Origin: Acidobacteriaceae bacterium
GTDB taxonomy: Bacteria; Acidobacteriota; Terriglobia; Terriglobales; Acidobacteriaceae
DNA length: 64,000 nucleotides
Reading direction: 5' to 3'
NCBI GenBank assembly: GCA_003151985.1
Contig: PLZC01000183.1
Location: forward strand, 13,517 to 77,516
Position numbers and translations under genes: made by a program. Every line of letters begins with the position of its first letter. Positions within the stretch are counted from its first letter, which is position 1. The notes below the pieces were generated by a model. The model was not told the DNA's origin and made no database searches. It saw only the letters and a program-made list of their open reading frames with translations. Below, piece after piece: positions 39,943 through 50,139 of this stretch.

Positions 39943-41043
39943 TTGCCCAAAGCACGAATCAAGCGGCTCTACCTGATCCCTATTCTCTCCAAGGCCTTCG
40001 ACGTGATCGACTTCCTTGAGCAGAGCCATGCTCCTGTCTCCCTTGAAGACGTGTACAAGCAAAGGCAGATTTCGAAGACCAGTATCTACCGCATCCTCAA
40101 AACGCTTGTTCATCGAGGCTACGTCGCCCAAACGCAGAACGGCCTCTATCGCCTGGTTTCTCGCCCCCGCCGCCTGCGTTTCGGCTTCGCCGCACAAAGT
40201 AATGAAATGCCCTTCTCCAGGGCTGTCGCCCAGAGCGTCGTGGCTGCTGCCGCCTCCACCGGCGTCGAGTTGCTGGTCCTCGACAACCGCTACGATGCCG
40301 ACACCGCGGTTCAAAATGCCCATGAATTTGTCGCTCAGAAAGTAGACCTGGTCCTCGAATTTCAGGTCGAAGATCACGTCGCCCCGCGGATCGCCCACAT
40401 CTTCAAGAAAGCAGAGATTCCCCTCGTTGCCATCGACCTGCCCCACCCCAACGCAACTTACTTCGGCGTGGACAACTTTGAATGTGGATTCGAAGCCGGC
40501 GTTTTGCTGGCTCAGCACGCACTTCGCAAGTGGAAGGGCAAGGTTGACTGGGTCCTGGGCGTGGGACTCTCCGAGGCAGGCAGTGTGGTTCAGAGCCGAA
40601 TCACCGGCGCATTCGATGGCATTCGCGAGCGGCTCCCCGATTTGCCCGCTGATCGCTTCATGGAACTTGAGGGCCGGGGCATGCAACTTCCCAGCCAGTC
40701 CGTCGTTACTGAATACCTCCGCACCCACCCCAAGGGCGAGCGCATCCTCGTCGCCGCCTCAACTGACTCCAGTGCCCTCGGTGTGCTCAACGCCGTCCGC
40801 CAGGCTGGGCGCGAGGCTGACTTCGCCATCGTCGGTCAGGACTGCATTCCCGAAGCCGTCGAGGAGATGTGCTCCGGAAAAAGCGCCTTGATCGGGTCCA
40901 TCTCCCACGAAGCCGAAACCTACGGCCCCCGCCTCATTCAAATCGGCATTTCCATCATGCGAGGCAACATCGTCCCACCATATAACTATGTGCGCCACAA
41001 AACAGTAACAGCGGAAACCCTCGCCGCCGAAGAAAAGGCCTGA
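39943..41043 (+). CDS. Transcriptional regulator: IclR-type HTH fused to periplasmic sugar-binding-like domain
   Basis: IPILSKAFDVI...ISKTSIYRILKTL HTH; LVAIDLPHPNATYFGVDN and IVGQD sugar-binding fold; GGAGG RBS plus TTG start. Confidence 0.85.
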   Translation: MPKARIKRLYLIPILSKAFDVIDFLEQSHAPVSLEDVYKQRQISKTSIYRILKTLVHRGYVAQTQNGLYRLVSRPRRLRFGFAAQSNEMPFSRAVAQSVVAAAASTGVELLVLDNRYDADTAVQNAHEFVAQKVDLVLEFQVEDHVAPRIAHIFKKAEIPLVAIDLPHPNATYFGVDNFECGFEAGVLLAQHALRKWKGKVDWVLGVGLSEAGSVVQSRITGAFDGIRERLPDLPADRFMELEGRGMQLPSQSVVTEYLRTHPKGERILVAASTDSSALGVLNAVRQAGREADFAIVGQDCIPEAVEEMCSGKSALIGSISHEAETYGPRLIQIGISIMRGNIVPPYNYVRHKTVTAETLAAEEKA

Positions 41044-41072
41044 AATCTGTCGAACGGAGACTCACCAGCTTT

Positions 41073-42494
41073 ATGCAGGAACCCGCACAAGTTGCCATTG
41101 ATTTAGGCGCCGAAAGCTGCCGCGTCTCACTGCTCCGCTGGAGCGCCGGCACCCCTCAGATCGAGCTCATTCACCGCATCCCGAATGGCCCGGTGCATCG
41201 CGGAGCCTCCCTGCACTGGCCGCTCCAGGCAATTCTCTCCAGCCTTGAAGTGGGCCTGCGCAAAGCAGCGCAAGCCGCGCCCGAAGGCATCGCCTCCATC
41301 GGCGTTGACAGTTGGTCTGTAGATTACGTCCGCCTCGCTCCCGACGGCCAACCGCTGCGCGAGCCCTTCTGCTACCGCGATGAGCGCACCGTGGCCGCGA
41401 AAGAGGCTGCGGACCTGGTGGTTCCACCATTCGAGCTTTTCCAGCGCACCGGCGCCTCGCCTCTTCGCATCAACACTGTCTACCAGCTCCTCGCCGACCC
41501 CGCCGCAGGCATCGACGCCCGCAGCCCCTGGGTCATGTTCCCCGAGTTTGTGCTCTATTGGCTCGGCGGCCGCCGCGTTGCTGAGTACACCAATGCCACT
41601 CACACGGGTCTTGTAAATCTCGAAACAGGCAACTGGGACGCCGAGCTCTTTCGTCTTCTCGATCTACAAATCGATGCAGCCCCGCCCATCGTCCGCGTCG
41701 GAACCGTCCTCGGCCAAATGCAGGGCCCGCTCACCGCCCTCCACGCCTTCCGCGAAACCCGGATTATCGCACCCGCAACCCACGATACCGCTTCCGCCCT
41801 TGCCGGCATCCCGGGTAGCCTCAGTTCCACCGCTTACATTTGCTCCGGCACCTGGTCCATCGTAGGCACTCTTGCGGCCAATCCGGTTACCACGCGCCAG
41901 GCGCTCGACGCCCGCTACACCAACCTCGGCGCCGCCACCGGCGACTTTTGTTTCCACACCATAGTCAATGGAATGTGGCTGCTGAAGCAGTGCATGGAGG
42001 CCTGGAGCGCCGCGGGCCGCACATGGGAGATCGGCGACCTCATTGCTCAGGCCGCCGCATGCACTTCATTTCCCGGCATCGTTGACGTGGATGCCGAGCC
42101 GCTGCTTCTCGATTCCAACATGCCGCAGCGCATCAACAACGAGCTCACTCGCCTGGGCCTGGCCCCGATTCCCGACGTTCAAGGAAATGAGCCGGTCGTC
42201 GCCAAGGTGATCTTTGAAAGCCTCGCCAGCCGTTATGCGTCCGCCTTCGCCAGCCTCGAGCAAATGCTGGGCCGCAAGCTCGAACGCATCCACATTCTGG
42301 GGGGTGCCAGCCGCAACATGCTCCTGACTCAACTGACTCGAGAACGGACCGGTCTGCCGGTCGAGATCGGTCAAACGGAAAGCTCCACCATCGGCAACTT
42401 CGCCGTGCAGATGGCAGCCACCCAGGCCAGTGGCCGCCCCCTCACCCCCGAGTCCGTCCGCCACTGGGCAAGTCGCCTCTGCGAAGGCTGTTAA
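41073..42494 (+). CDS. rhaB: Rhamnulokinase (FGGY family)
   Basis: AIDLGAESCRV, IGVDSWSVDY, YRDERT, HDTASA, SGTWS, GMWLL. Confidence 0.92.
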   Translation: MQEPAQVAIDLGAESCRVSLLRWSAGTPQIELIHRIPNGPVHRGASLHWPLQAILSSLEVGLRKAAQAAPEGIASIGVDSWSVDYVRLAPDGQPLREPFCYRDERTVAAKEAADLVVPPFELFQRTGASPLRINTVYQLLADPAAGIDARSPWVMFPEFVLYWLGGRRVAEYTNATHTGLVNLETGNWDAELFRLLDLQIDAAPPIVRVGTVLGQMQGPLTALHAFRETRIIAPATHDTASALAGIPGSLSSTAYICSGTWSIVGTLAANPVTTRQALDARYTNLGAATGDFCFHTIVNGMWLLKQCMEAWSAAGRTWEIGDLIAQAAACTSFPGIVDVDAEPLLLDSNMPQRINNELTRLGLAPIPDVQGNEPVVAKVIFESLASRYASAFASLEQMLGRKLERIHILGGASRNMLLTQLTRERTGLPVEIGQTESSTIGNFAVQMAATQASGRPLTPESVRHWASRLCEGC

Positions 42495-42505
42495 TCAAGC
42501 GCCCC

Positions 42506-43765
42506 TTATGCCGCCCGATTCGCCGTCTTGTCTTCGCCAAATCTCTGATTGGTAATCAGAGGCTTGGCCCAAAGCGAAACCGCAAACACCCACCCAAAGG
42601 TTACGTAAAGCAGGCACATGCCCGTGCGCAAGCCAAACGAGTCGGCAATTCGGCCCGTGATAAGCGGCAAAATCGCGCCGCCCATGATTCCCGAGCACAG
42701 AATCCCGGCAAACGCTCCCTGGTATTCCAGCACCGAGTTCAGTGCCAGCGACATGATGATCGGCCACATCACCGACGCGAATAATCCCACACAAGGAAAC
42801 GCGAACCTGGAGACTGACGCCGGTGCAAAGAGCGCGACCGAAAGGCATGCCAGCGCGCCGATTCCGAAGGCTGCCAGAATTCGCCGGCTGTCAAAGAACT
42901 TCAGCAGGATCATGCCCGCGAAGCAGCCTATCGTCATCAGTCCCCAGAACCAACCCACGGCCGACGCTCCCGTTGTGTGCGGATCGAAGCCGTGGTACTT
43001 CCACAGGAATTCCGACATCCAGTTGGCCGTACCCTGTTCCGAACCCACATAGAAAAACACGCTGAAGAAGAAGAGCCACACTATGGGTTTACGCAGCAGG
43101 TAGCGATACATGCCTGCGGTGCCCGCCGCTTCGTCCTCTTTCCGCTCCACTGCGGGAAAGCGTGAGAACGCCAGCACCCCCATGATCGCCGCAATTACGA
43201 TTGCGAAGATCCAGTACATTGAAATCCAGCGCATCGTCGCCGGCACAATTGCATTGAGAGTCGAAAGCAGAATGTTCTTTCCCGGCGCCTGCTCCAGGTT
43301 GCTTACGAAGTATGAATAAACCTGCGGGCTGATAAACGAAGCAATCCCAAAAACCAATTGTGCGAATGCTGAATTGAAAGCAAAATGCTCTTCGCCGCCG
43401 GCCACCCGCAGCAATGGATTGATGGCCACCTGCAATGCCGCCATGCTGCTTCCAATCAGGAATAGCGATATCATCGCAACGGGATAAATGTGCAGCCACG
43501 CAAACAGGAGCGACCCTGCCAGCGCAACAGCAAACATTCCCAGGATCACCCGCTTCTCTCCCCACCGTTCCACCATGAATCCGGCTGGAATCGAAAACAC
43601 TCCGTAGGCGATGAAGAATGCGAACGGAAGCAGAGCCGCCGCAAACAGGCTTAGGTGAAAACTCTGGATCATGTCCGGAATTATGGGGCCAAGAATATTG
43701 GTCACAAACGATAGGACAAAGAAGATCGCGAGAACGATCCCTACAAGGTACTTGCTGCGCTTCAT
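42506..43765 (-). CDS. Sugar MFS transporter (FucP-like)
   Basis: 12 TM-like segments; LQVAINPL, YVGSEQG, SVMWPII, GIMGGAI. Confidence 0.88.
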   Translation of the reverse strand: MKRSKYLVGIVLAIFFVLSFVTNILGPIIPDMIQSFHLSLFAAALLPFAFFIAYGVFSIPAGFMVERWGEKRVILGMFAVALAGSLLFAWLHIYPVAMISLFLIGSSMAALQVAINPLLRVAGGEEHFAFNSAFAQLVFGIASFISPQVYSYFVSNLEQAPGKNILLSTLNAIVPATMRWISMYWIFAIVIAAIMGVLAFSRFPAVERKEDEAAGTAGMYRYLLRKPIVWLFFFSVFFYVGSEQGTANWMSEFLWKYHGFDPHTTGASAVGWFWGLMTIGCFAGMILLKFFDSRRILAAFGIGALACLSVALFAPASVSRFAFPCVGLFASVMWPIIMSLALNSVLEYQGAFAGILCSGIMGGAILPLITGRIADSFGLRTGMCLLYVTFGWVFAVSLWAKPLITNQRFGEDKTANRAA

Positions 43766-43789
43766 CGAGTTAGTGTCCTCCGCTTGTTT

Positions 43790-44842
43790 TTACTCATCGG
43801 CTGTAATCTTGGTTGCGTGCAGAAAGCGCCCGGCTTCGAAACCGGAGTTTGCCGCAAGAGCCAGAGTCATCATCTGGATAGGCAGAATTTCGGCGATGGG
43901 CAAAAGGCGCGTGAGCTTGTCGGGAATGCGCAAGGCCGCAATCTTCGAGTCGGGCCCAACCAACTCCGCCCTTCCTTCAATGCCATGAATATCCTGCACC
44001 AGTTTGCTGTTCAGCGAGCGCAGGTTCGCTTCGCCCTCCAGCACCAGCACCATGGTTTCCGGCCCCGCCATCTCCATGGGACCGTGCCGGAAGGCCGCGC
44101 TGCTCATGCCTTCCGCAGGCGAGCGCGTGGACTCCTTGGTAATCAGCGCGCCCGTTCCCGCCGTTGCAAGTGACCGCCCTCGACCAACGATGAACAGGCG
44201 GCTTATGCCCTCCATCCGCGCGGCCAGCGACTCCACATGCTCTCGCCACTGCGCCAGGTAACTGGCCGCCAGCGCCGGCGCCTCCTGCAATTCGTCAAAC
44301 AAAGCACCCGCAGCCTCGCCGCACCACGCCGCTCCCAAAACCTCAAGGGCCAGCAAGGTACCCACGTATGTCTTGGCCGAGACCGAGAACTCCGCTCCAC
44401 AGTGAGTCAGTATCATCAGGTCTGATTCCGTGGCCAGTGGGCTGTCTGCGGTGTTTGTAACTCCAACCACCTTCGCCTGTTTCTTGTTCAACTCCAGCAG
44501 CCGAACAATCTCCGCGCTTTGGCCAGACTGCGACACAGCCACGATGATCGTGTCGCCGGCGAGCAATGCCGGCATTGAATGAATCAGCTCCGACGTCTCC
44601 ACGCGCGCCACGGTTTCACCCTTGGCGATCAGCATCAGTTCCAATGGATAAAGAGCGTGCAGAGAAGACCCCATACCGGTAAGCACCACGCGCGCATGCG
44701 GTTCCCTGCGTAACTTGTCAATGCGGTCAAATAGACTTGAGTCACCTAGGAAACCATCCAGCGTGGCCTGCAAAGCGCGCGGCTGATCGAGAATATCGCC
44801 CAGGAAGGGACCTTCAATAAATCGGTACGACGTAGCCTTCAC
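43790..44842 (-). CDS. Double-SIS phosphosugar isomerase/deaminase (GlmS C-terminal/NagB-II-like)
   Basis: ILDQP, GMGSS, VSQSGQSAE, VTNTADSPLA, KE...FRHGPME; no glutaminase domain. Confidence 0.85.
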   Translation of the reverse strand: MKATSYRFIEGPFLGDILDQPRALQATLDGFLGDSSLFDRIDKLRREPHARVVLTGMGSSLHALYPLELMLIAKGETVARVETSELIHSMPALLAGDTIIVAVSQSGQSAEIVRLLELNKKQAKVVGVTNTADSPLATESDLMILTHCGAEFSVSAKTYVGTLLALEVLGAAWCGEAAGALFDELQEAPALAASYLAQWREHVESLAARMEGISRLFIVGRGRSLATAGTGALITKESTRSPAEGMSSAAFRHGPMEMAGPETMVLVLEGEANLRSLNSKLVQDIHGIEGRAELVGPDSKIAALRIPDKLTRLLPIAEILPIQMMTLALAANSGFEAGRFLHATKITADE

Positions 44843-45768
44843 AACTTCTCCTTATGTTCACTATCGAAACGCGTGTGCCACACCTGCGCCGCGCCAATCA
44901 ATCCCGCATTGGCCCCAAGCGACGAAAGTGTAATCAGACAATTCTCCGAAGGAACCACCCGGCAGTTATTGCGAACAATGGCGCGAATCGGGTCAAGCAG
45001 CAAATCCGCGCTCTGCATCACGCTGCCGCTCAGTGCAATCACTTCCGGCATCAGCATGTGAATCACATTCGACAACCCGATGCCCAGGTACGTTGCCAGC
45101 CGATCCACTGCCCGCTGTGCCGCCGCATCACCCGCTCGTGCAAGCGCACAAATCTCTTTGCAGGTCCTTACTCCGCCCTCCGGGTTCTGCTCGGCGTACC
45201 ACTGTTCAATCGAGGGACCGGCCGCCAGGGCCTCCCAGCAGCCTGTGGCGCCGCATGTGCAGAGCGGGCCGTCGGGCTCCATAATATGATGGCCAATCTC
45301 CGGATGGGCATTTCCCGCTCCCCGGTAAACTTTCCCCTCGAAGATGATGCCTGCCCCGATGCCGGTGCCCACTGTCAAGCCAACCATGCTCCGTTTGCCT
45401 TTCCCTGCACCCCATCGCGCCTCGCCCAGCGCAGCCGCATCCGCGTCGTTTTCCAGGGCAACAGTAACTTTGAACTCGTCCGCCAGTTCACGCATCGGAT
45501 TCCACCCCTGCCAGCCGGGAAGCGTATTCACGTCGCCCATTTCGCCCGTGATGGCGTCGATGGGGCCCGTGCATCCAATGCCGATCCCCCTGAATCCCCC
45601 ATCGATTTCGTGGTTCAATTGGCGCATTACCTTCAGCATTCTGTCGCGCGCGTTTGCCGGTCCACGATCCACCTCGATCGGAATATCGACACGGGTAACA
45701 ACCGCGCCATTGCTATCGATGAGGCCAAGTGCGACCTTGGTGCCTCCAATGTCAACGCCAGCTATCAT
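44839..45768 (-). CDS. ROK family sugar kinase
   Basis: GVDIGGTK, ENDADAAALGE, GTGIGAG, EIGH, CTCGATGCWE zinc motif. Confidence 0.92.
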   Translation of the reverse strand: MIAGVDIGGTKVALGLIDSNGAVVTRVDIPIEVDRGPANARDRMLKVMRQLNHEIDGGFRGIGIGCTGPIDAITGEMGDVNTLPGWQGWNPMRELADEFKVTVALENDADAAALGEARWGAGKGKRSMVGLTVGTGIGAGIIFEGKVYRGAGNAHPEIGHHIMEPDGPLCTCGATGCWEALAAGPSIEQWYAEQNPEGGVRTCKEICALARAGDAAAQRAVDRLATYLGIGLSNVIHMLMPEVIALSGSVMQSADLLLDPIRAIVRNNCRVVPSENCLITLSSLGANAGLIGAAQVWHTRFDSEHKEKL

Positions 45769-45887
45769 CACTGCTCCCCAAAAGAGATCTGCATTTGAAA
45801 GTGCTCTAACTTCACCGTCCAGCATGCATCGGAAATTAATCGCAGAGTGAACACACGGAGTCGATCCTGCTCACCACTCGCAATCCC

Positions 45888-45909
45888 GGTATTGTTAACA
45901 CAAAGTATA
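45888..45909 (-). promoter_or_regulatory. Candidate -10 box and operator for ROK-SIS-MFS genes
   Basis: TATACT on minus strand (45909-45904) followed by palindrome TGTTAACA (45893-45900). Confidence 0.35.
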
Positions 45910-46003
45910 CCGTGACGCCGCAGGACTCGAATGATTGAGCCGTTAAGATCACCTTCGGACATTTCGGGGAAGTAAAGCGCATGCGAACGGCTGACGGCGT
46001 CCC

Positions 46004-49000
46004 CTAGCCCGCGAGTTTTTCCGGGATCGGCTGCTCAATGGCAGCGATCCCCATGCGCGGGGCAGAGGCGACAGGCCAGCGTGCGAGCAATAATTCAAAA
46101 TCCTGCAAGGGCAGCGGCCGGCTGAACAGGTATCCTTGGAAGGCGTGACAGCCCATGTGCGCCAGAAACTCGCGCTGCTCTTCGGTTTCCACACCCTCGG
46201 CCATAACCGACAATTCCATTGTCCTGCTCAGGGAAATAATGGTTTGCGCAATCGCGCCGCTGCTTGCATCCACCAGAACGTCGCGCACAAACGAGCGATC
46301 GATCTTCAAGTGGTCCAGGGGCAGGCGCTTCAGATACGAGAGAGACGAATAGCCCGTTCCAAAATCGTCAAGCGAAAATCTCACGCCATGCGCTTTGAGA
46401 CTCGTCATCTTCGCGATTACGTCTTCAATATTGTCTACCAGCATGCTTTCGGTCAATTCCAGGTCGAGATACTGCGGGTTTGCCCCGGCGCGATCAACTG
46501 CCGCAAGAACAGTCTCCACAAAATCCGGCTGGCGCAATTGCAACGCGCTGATGTTCACCGCAACCGTGATGCAGGAGGTTTCCGTGCGGTCTGCCCATGC
46601 GGCGATCTGCCTGCAAGCGGCATCCAGCACCCACCCTCCCAAAGGCAGAATCAGCCCAGACTCTTCCGCCGCGGAAATAAACTCGCCGGGCAGCAGCGTG
46701 CCGCGTCTGGGGTGATTCCAGCGCAACAATGCCTCGGCGCCAACCAAAAGGCCGCGATCGATCTGAGGCTGATAGTAAAGCTGGAATTCATCCGCCTTTA
46801 TACCCTTGCGAAGATCCACCTCCATGGCGGCGCGGGCGTGGACGGCTGCCTGCAACGCCGGAGAGAAGAAGCGCATTGTATTGCGGCCGGCCGCCTTGGC
46901 CTGATACATGGCGATATCGGCCTGTTGCATAACTTCACTCATCGTTTCGCGGCGATCGCCGAAGACAGTGATCCCGATGCTTGAAGTGCTTAAGAATTCG
47001 CGGCCATCAAGCAAATAAGGCCGATCGACCGCAGCTAGAATCTTTTCGCCCATTGCCTTGGCATCTGCCGCAGCTTGCTCGGGCGCATAACTCAAGCTTT
47101 CCAGCATAACAACAAATTCGTCTCCGCCCAGGCGAGCTACGGTGTCAACTTCACGCACGCACGCGGTGAGACGCAAAGCGATTTCCTGCAAAAGTAGATC
47201 ACCCGTGTGATGGCCCAAAGTGTCATTCAATACTTTGAAGTTATCCACATCCACAAACAGCAAGGCCCGCATGCGGACAGTCATGGAGTTGGCAGCCTGG
47301 TGCAACCGCTCCAAAAGAAGGCGGCGATTGGGCAGGCCTGTCAACGGGTCATAGAAGGCCAGATTCCTTATCTCTTCCTCAGCCAGCTTGGCATCGGAAA
47401 TATCCCGAGTCACACCAAGCACGCAAGCAACCCCGTCAATCTCGATTACCGATGCCGATAGCAGCCCCCATATCCTGTCTCCGTTCTTTTTCCGGAATTG
47501 AAATTCCTGATTCCTGCGTTCAGAGGTCAGGCGAAGAATACCGATCAGATCATCCCGATCGTGCGGATCCTCCCAGATGCCAAGTTCTCGCGCTGTCCGC
47601 CCAATTATCTCTTCGCGCGCGAACCCGGTGATTTCGAGGAAGGCCTTGTTGACTTCGACATACCTTTCATCGCTCAGGCGGCTGATACTGATGGCATCGA
47701 GGCTTGTCTCGAAAACAGTGCGGTAGCGCGCCTCGCTCAACCGCAATGCTTCCTGCGCTTCAGACAGAAGTGCCTCGGACTTCTTGCGGGCGTTGATATC
47801 CTCCACCAAACAGATGAAGTGCAACGCGTTCCCCTCAGCGTCGCGCTGGGTAGATACCTTCAATTTTACCCAGGTCAGGCTGCCGTCCTTGCGTATGTAG
47901 CGCTTCTCCCAACTTTCACTGCCGGTCGCATTATTGGAGATTGCTTGCTGCACCTTGACGCTGTGCGACAAATCCTCAGGCCACGTGATTTGCTGAAAGC
48001 TGAGGCCGGGAACCTCGTCTTGAGAGTAACCGATAATATCGGCAAAACTCGCGTTGCACCTCAAAATACGGCCATCGAGCGACGTGTGAAGTATGCCGAT
48101 CGCTGCCTGTTCGAACGTGGCCCGATAGCGCTCTTCGCTCTCGCGAAGCTGCATGTCCCCCTGCTTGCGCTCCGTGATGTCCTGGATGATGCCGCGCATC
48201 TTCAGGAGTTGACCCTGCACGTCGAGCTCCAGTTTGCCCAGCCCGTGCACCCATCGTGTCACATGGTCGTTCTGCCGAACGATACGGTATTCCTTGTCGA
48301 ATGGGTTCCTCTTCCCCGCCACCTCATTTTCAAAATAGGCAGTCATCATCTCGCGGTCGTCGGGGTGGATCAAGCGCACCCATCCGGCCACGGAGCAGTC
48401 ATGCTCCTTGTCAATCCCAAAGATCTCGTCCATTACATCCGAAGACGCCCACATGCCCGTAACAAAATCCAGTAGATAAGTGCCGAGTGTTCCAATATTC
48501 TGCGCTTCTTTCAGAAGCTCCCCGCTCTCCCGCAGCGCTTCTTCCGCCCGGTGGCGATCGGTTACGTCATGAACCACCGAGAACAGCAACGTCTTGCCTT
48601 CTGTTTCGATTGGCGAAGAATAGACCTCCACGTCGCGCTCTTCCCCGCTCGCAAGCCGGTGGCGAAACTTGAAGTGGCTGCGTTCCCCGCGTAATGCCCG
48701 CAACCATTGAGACTCTACCGCTTCATGCCCCAAGGTGTTGATTTGGGCGATGGACATCCCAATCAGCCGTTCATGAGGATAGCCGTAAAAGGCTATGGCT
48801 GACTGGTTGGCCTCAACGATCAGGCCGCTCCATGGATCGATCAGAAGGAAGACCGACCCATTCTTTTCGAATAGTTTCCGGAAACGGTTCTCTCGCTCCG
48901 CTAATGCCATTTCGGATTTTCTGCGAGCGGTAACGTCTTCGATAAACCCTTCGTGAAAAAGCAGCCGGCCATCGGCATCGCGCACCCTGCGGAATGTAAG

Positions 49001-50032
49001 TGAACCCCAGATGATTCTGCCGTCCTTGCGCATAAACCTGCACTCGAACCCTCGAACTGCCCCATCCGCATCCAGTTCACGGGTAAGCCGGGAACGCTCC
49101 TCGACGTCGACCAATGCAACCTTGGTAACATTTGTGGCGGCCGATATAAGCTCTGCGGGCGATTCATATCCCAGCATCCTGGCCAGCGCGGGATTCGCGT
49201 TCAGCAATCCGCCCTCTGGAGAAGTGCGAAACATCCCTTCCAGCGCCCCATTGAATATTGCCCGATATTTGCGCTCAGCTTCCTCAAGTTCTCGCTCCAA
49301 CCGCTTGTGCCCGCCGATGTCCTTAACGACGACAGAAGCGCCTGACACAATTTCGTTGGCATCTCGGATAGGAGAAATGGTAAGTGCAACATCGACCATG
49401 GAACCGTTCTTATGTCTGGCAAGAGTATCGAGTTGGAAGAGGCTTCGTCCGGTCATGAGGGCTTCGTACTTCTCACGAAAATCTTCTATCAAGTCAGGAG
49501 GGACAAGAATGTTACTGGTCTCTCCGATCACCTCGGCCGCGCTGTATCCATACAGCAATTCCGCGCCGCGGTTCCAGCTTGCGATGGTTCCATCAAGCTT
49601 GACGGCGAACAGCGCGTCATCCGATGACTCAACAATCGAGGCCAGGAGGCGGTTTGAATCCTTTGCCGCCTTTTGCCCGGTGATGTCTTTGCCGAATACG
49701 GAAACTCCTGCATTTTGACCGTCGACAAATATCGGGTTAAAGACCAGTTCGAGAGTGCGGCCATCGGCCAAAGAATACTCGACACGGAAAGCACCTTCGG
49801 AGAGTGCGCGCCCGTAGAGCGGAGGCCACTCGGCCGCCTTTTCAGGCGGCAGAAGATCCTCTGGGCGCATCCCAAGGTCAGCCTGGACCCCAAAATTGCG
49901 CTCACAGTTCTGCCGCAAAGCCTGGTTGAAATTGAGCAGGCGAAATTCGAGATCCACACACCAGATCAGGTCGCTCGTGCTTTCAATCAGCGCCGCGAGA
50001 TTTGCTTCCGCATGATTTGGCAATCGGATCAC
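46004..50032 (-). CDS. Multi-PAS diguanylate cyclase/phosphodiesterase (7 PAS + GGDEF + EAL)
   Basis: Seven PAS-PAC units each ending in a DIT-like motif; REVD I-site and GGDEF; EAL and DDFGTGYSS; start reassigned to GTG 50032. Confidence 0.93.
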   Translation of the reverse strand: MIRLPNHAEANLAALIESTSDLIWCVDLEFRLLNFNQALRQNCERNFGVQADLGMRPEDLLPPEKAAEWPPLYGRALSEGAFRVEYSLADGRTLELVFNPIFVDGQNAGVSVFGKDITGQKAAKDSNRLLASIVESSDDALFAVKLDGTIASWNRGAELLYGYSAAEVIGETSNILVPPDLIEDFREKYEALMTGRSLFQLDTLARHKNGSMVDVALTISPIRDANEIVSGASVVVKDIGGHKRLERELEEAERKYRAIFNGALEGMFRTSPEGGLLNANPALARMLGYESPAELISAATNVTKVALVDVEERSRLTRELDADGAVRGFECRFMRKDGRIIWGSLTFRRVRDADGRLLFHEGFIEDVTARRKSEMALAERENRFRKLFEKNGSVFLLIDPWSGLIVEANQSAIAFYGYPHERLIGMSIAQINTLGHEAVESQWLRALRGERSHFKFRHRLASGEERDVEVYSSPIETEGKTLLFSVVHDVTDRHRAEEALRESGELLKEAQNIGTLGTYLLDFVTGMWASSDVMDEIFGIDKEHDCSVAGWVRLIHPDDREMMTAYFENEVAGKRNPFDKEYRIVRQNDHVTRWVHGLGKLELDVQGQLLKMRGIIQDITERKQGDMQLRESEERYRATFEQAAIGILHTSLDGRILRCNASFADIIGYSQDEVPGLSFQQITWPEDLSHSVKVQQAISNNATGSESWEKRYIRKDGSLTWVKLKVSTQRDAEGNALHFICLVEDINARKKSEALLSEAQEALRLSEARYRTVFETSLDAISISRLSDERYVEVNKAFLEITGFAREEIIGRTARELGIWEDPHDRDDLIGILRLTSERRNQEFQFRKKNGDRIWGLLSASVIEIDGVACVLGVTRDISDAKLAEEEIRNLAFYDPLTGLPNRRLLLERLHQAANSMTVRMRALLFVDVDNFKVLNDTLGHHTGDLLLQEIALRLTACVREVDTVARLGGDEFVVMLESLSYAPEQAAADAKAMGEKILAAVDRPYLLDGREFLSTSSIGITVFGDRRETMSEVMQQADIAMYQAKAAGRNTMRFFSPALQAAVHARAAMEVDLRKGIKADEFQLYYQPQIDRGLLVGAEALLRWNHPRRGTLLPGEFISAAEESGLILPLGGWVLDAACRQIAAWADRTETSCITVAVNISALQLRQPDFVETVLAAVDRAGANPQYLDLELTESMLVDNIEDVIAKMTSLKAHGVRFSLDDFGTGYSSLSYLKRLPLDHLKIDRSFVRDVLVDASSGAIAQTIISLSRTMELSVMAEGVETEEQREFLAHMGCHAFQGYLFSRPLPLQDFELLLARWPVASAPRMGIAAIEQPIPEKLAG

Positions 50033-50139
50033 TCTTCGGCCCCCGGACTCTCCTTGCGAGCCGGACAGACACCTGTGATCCTTATCGGCGAACCGCAAAT
50101 TTGCTACAGTGCCCTTCAGGACATTCGTTCTGAAACCAA

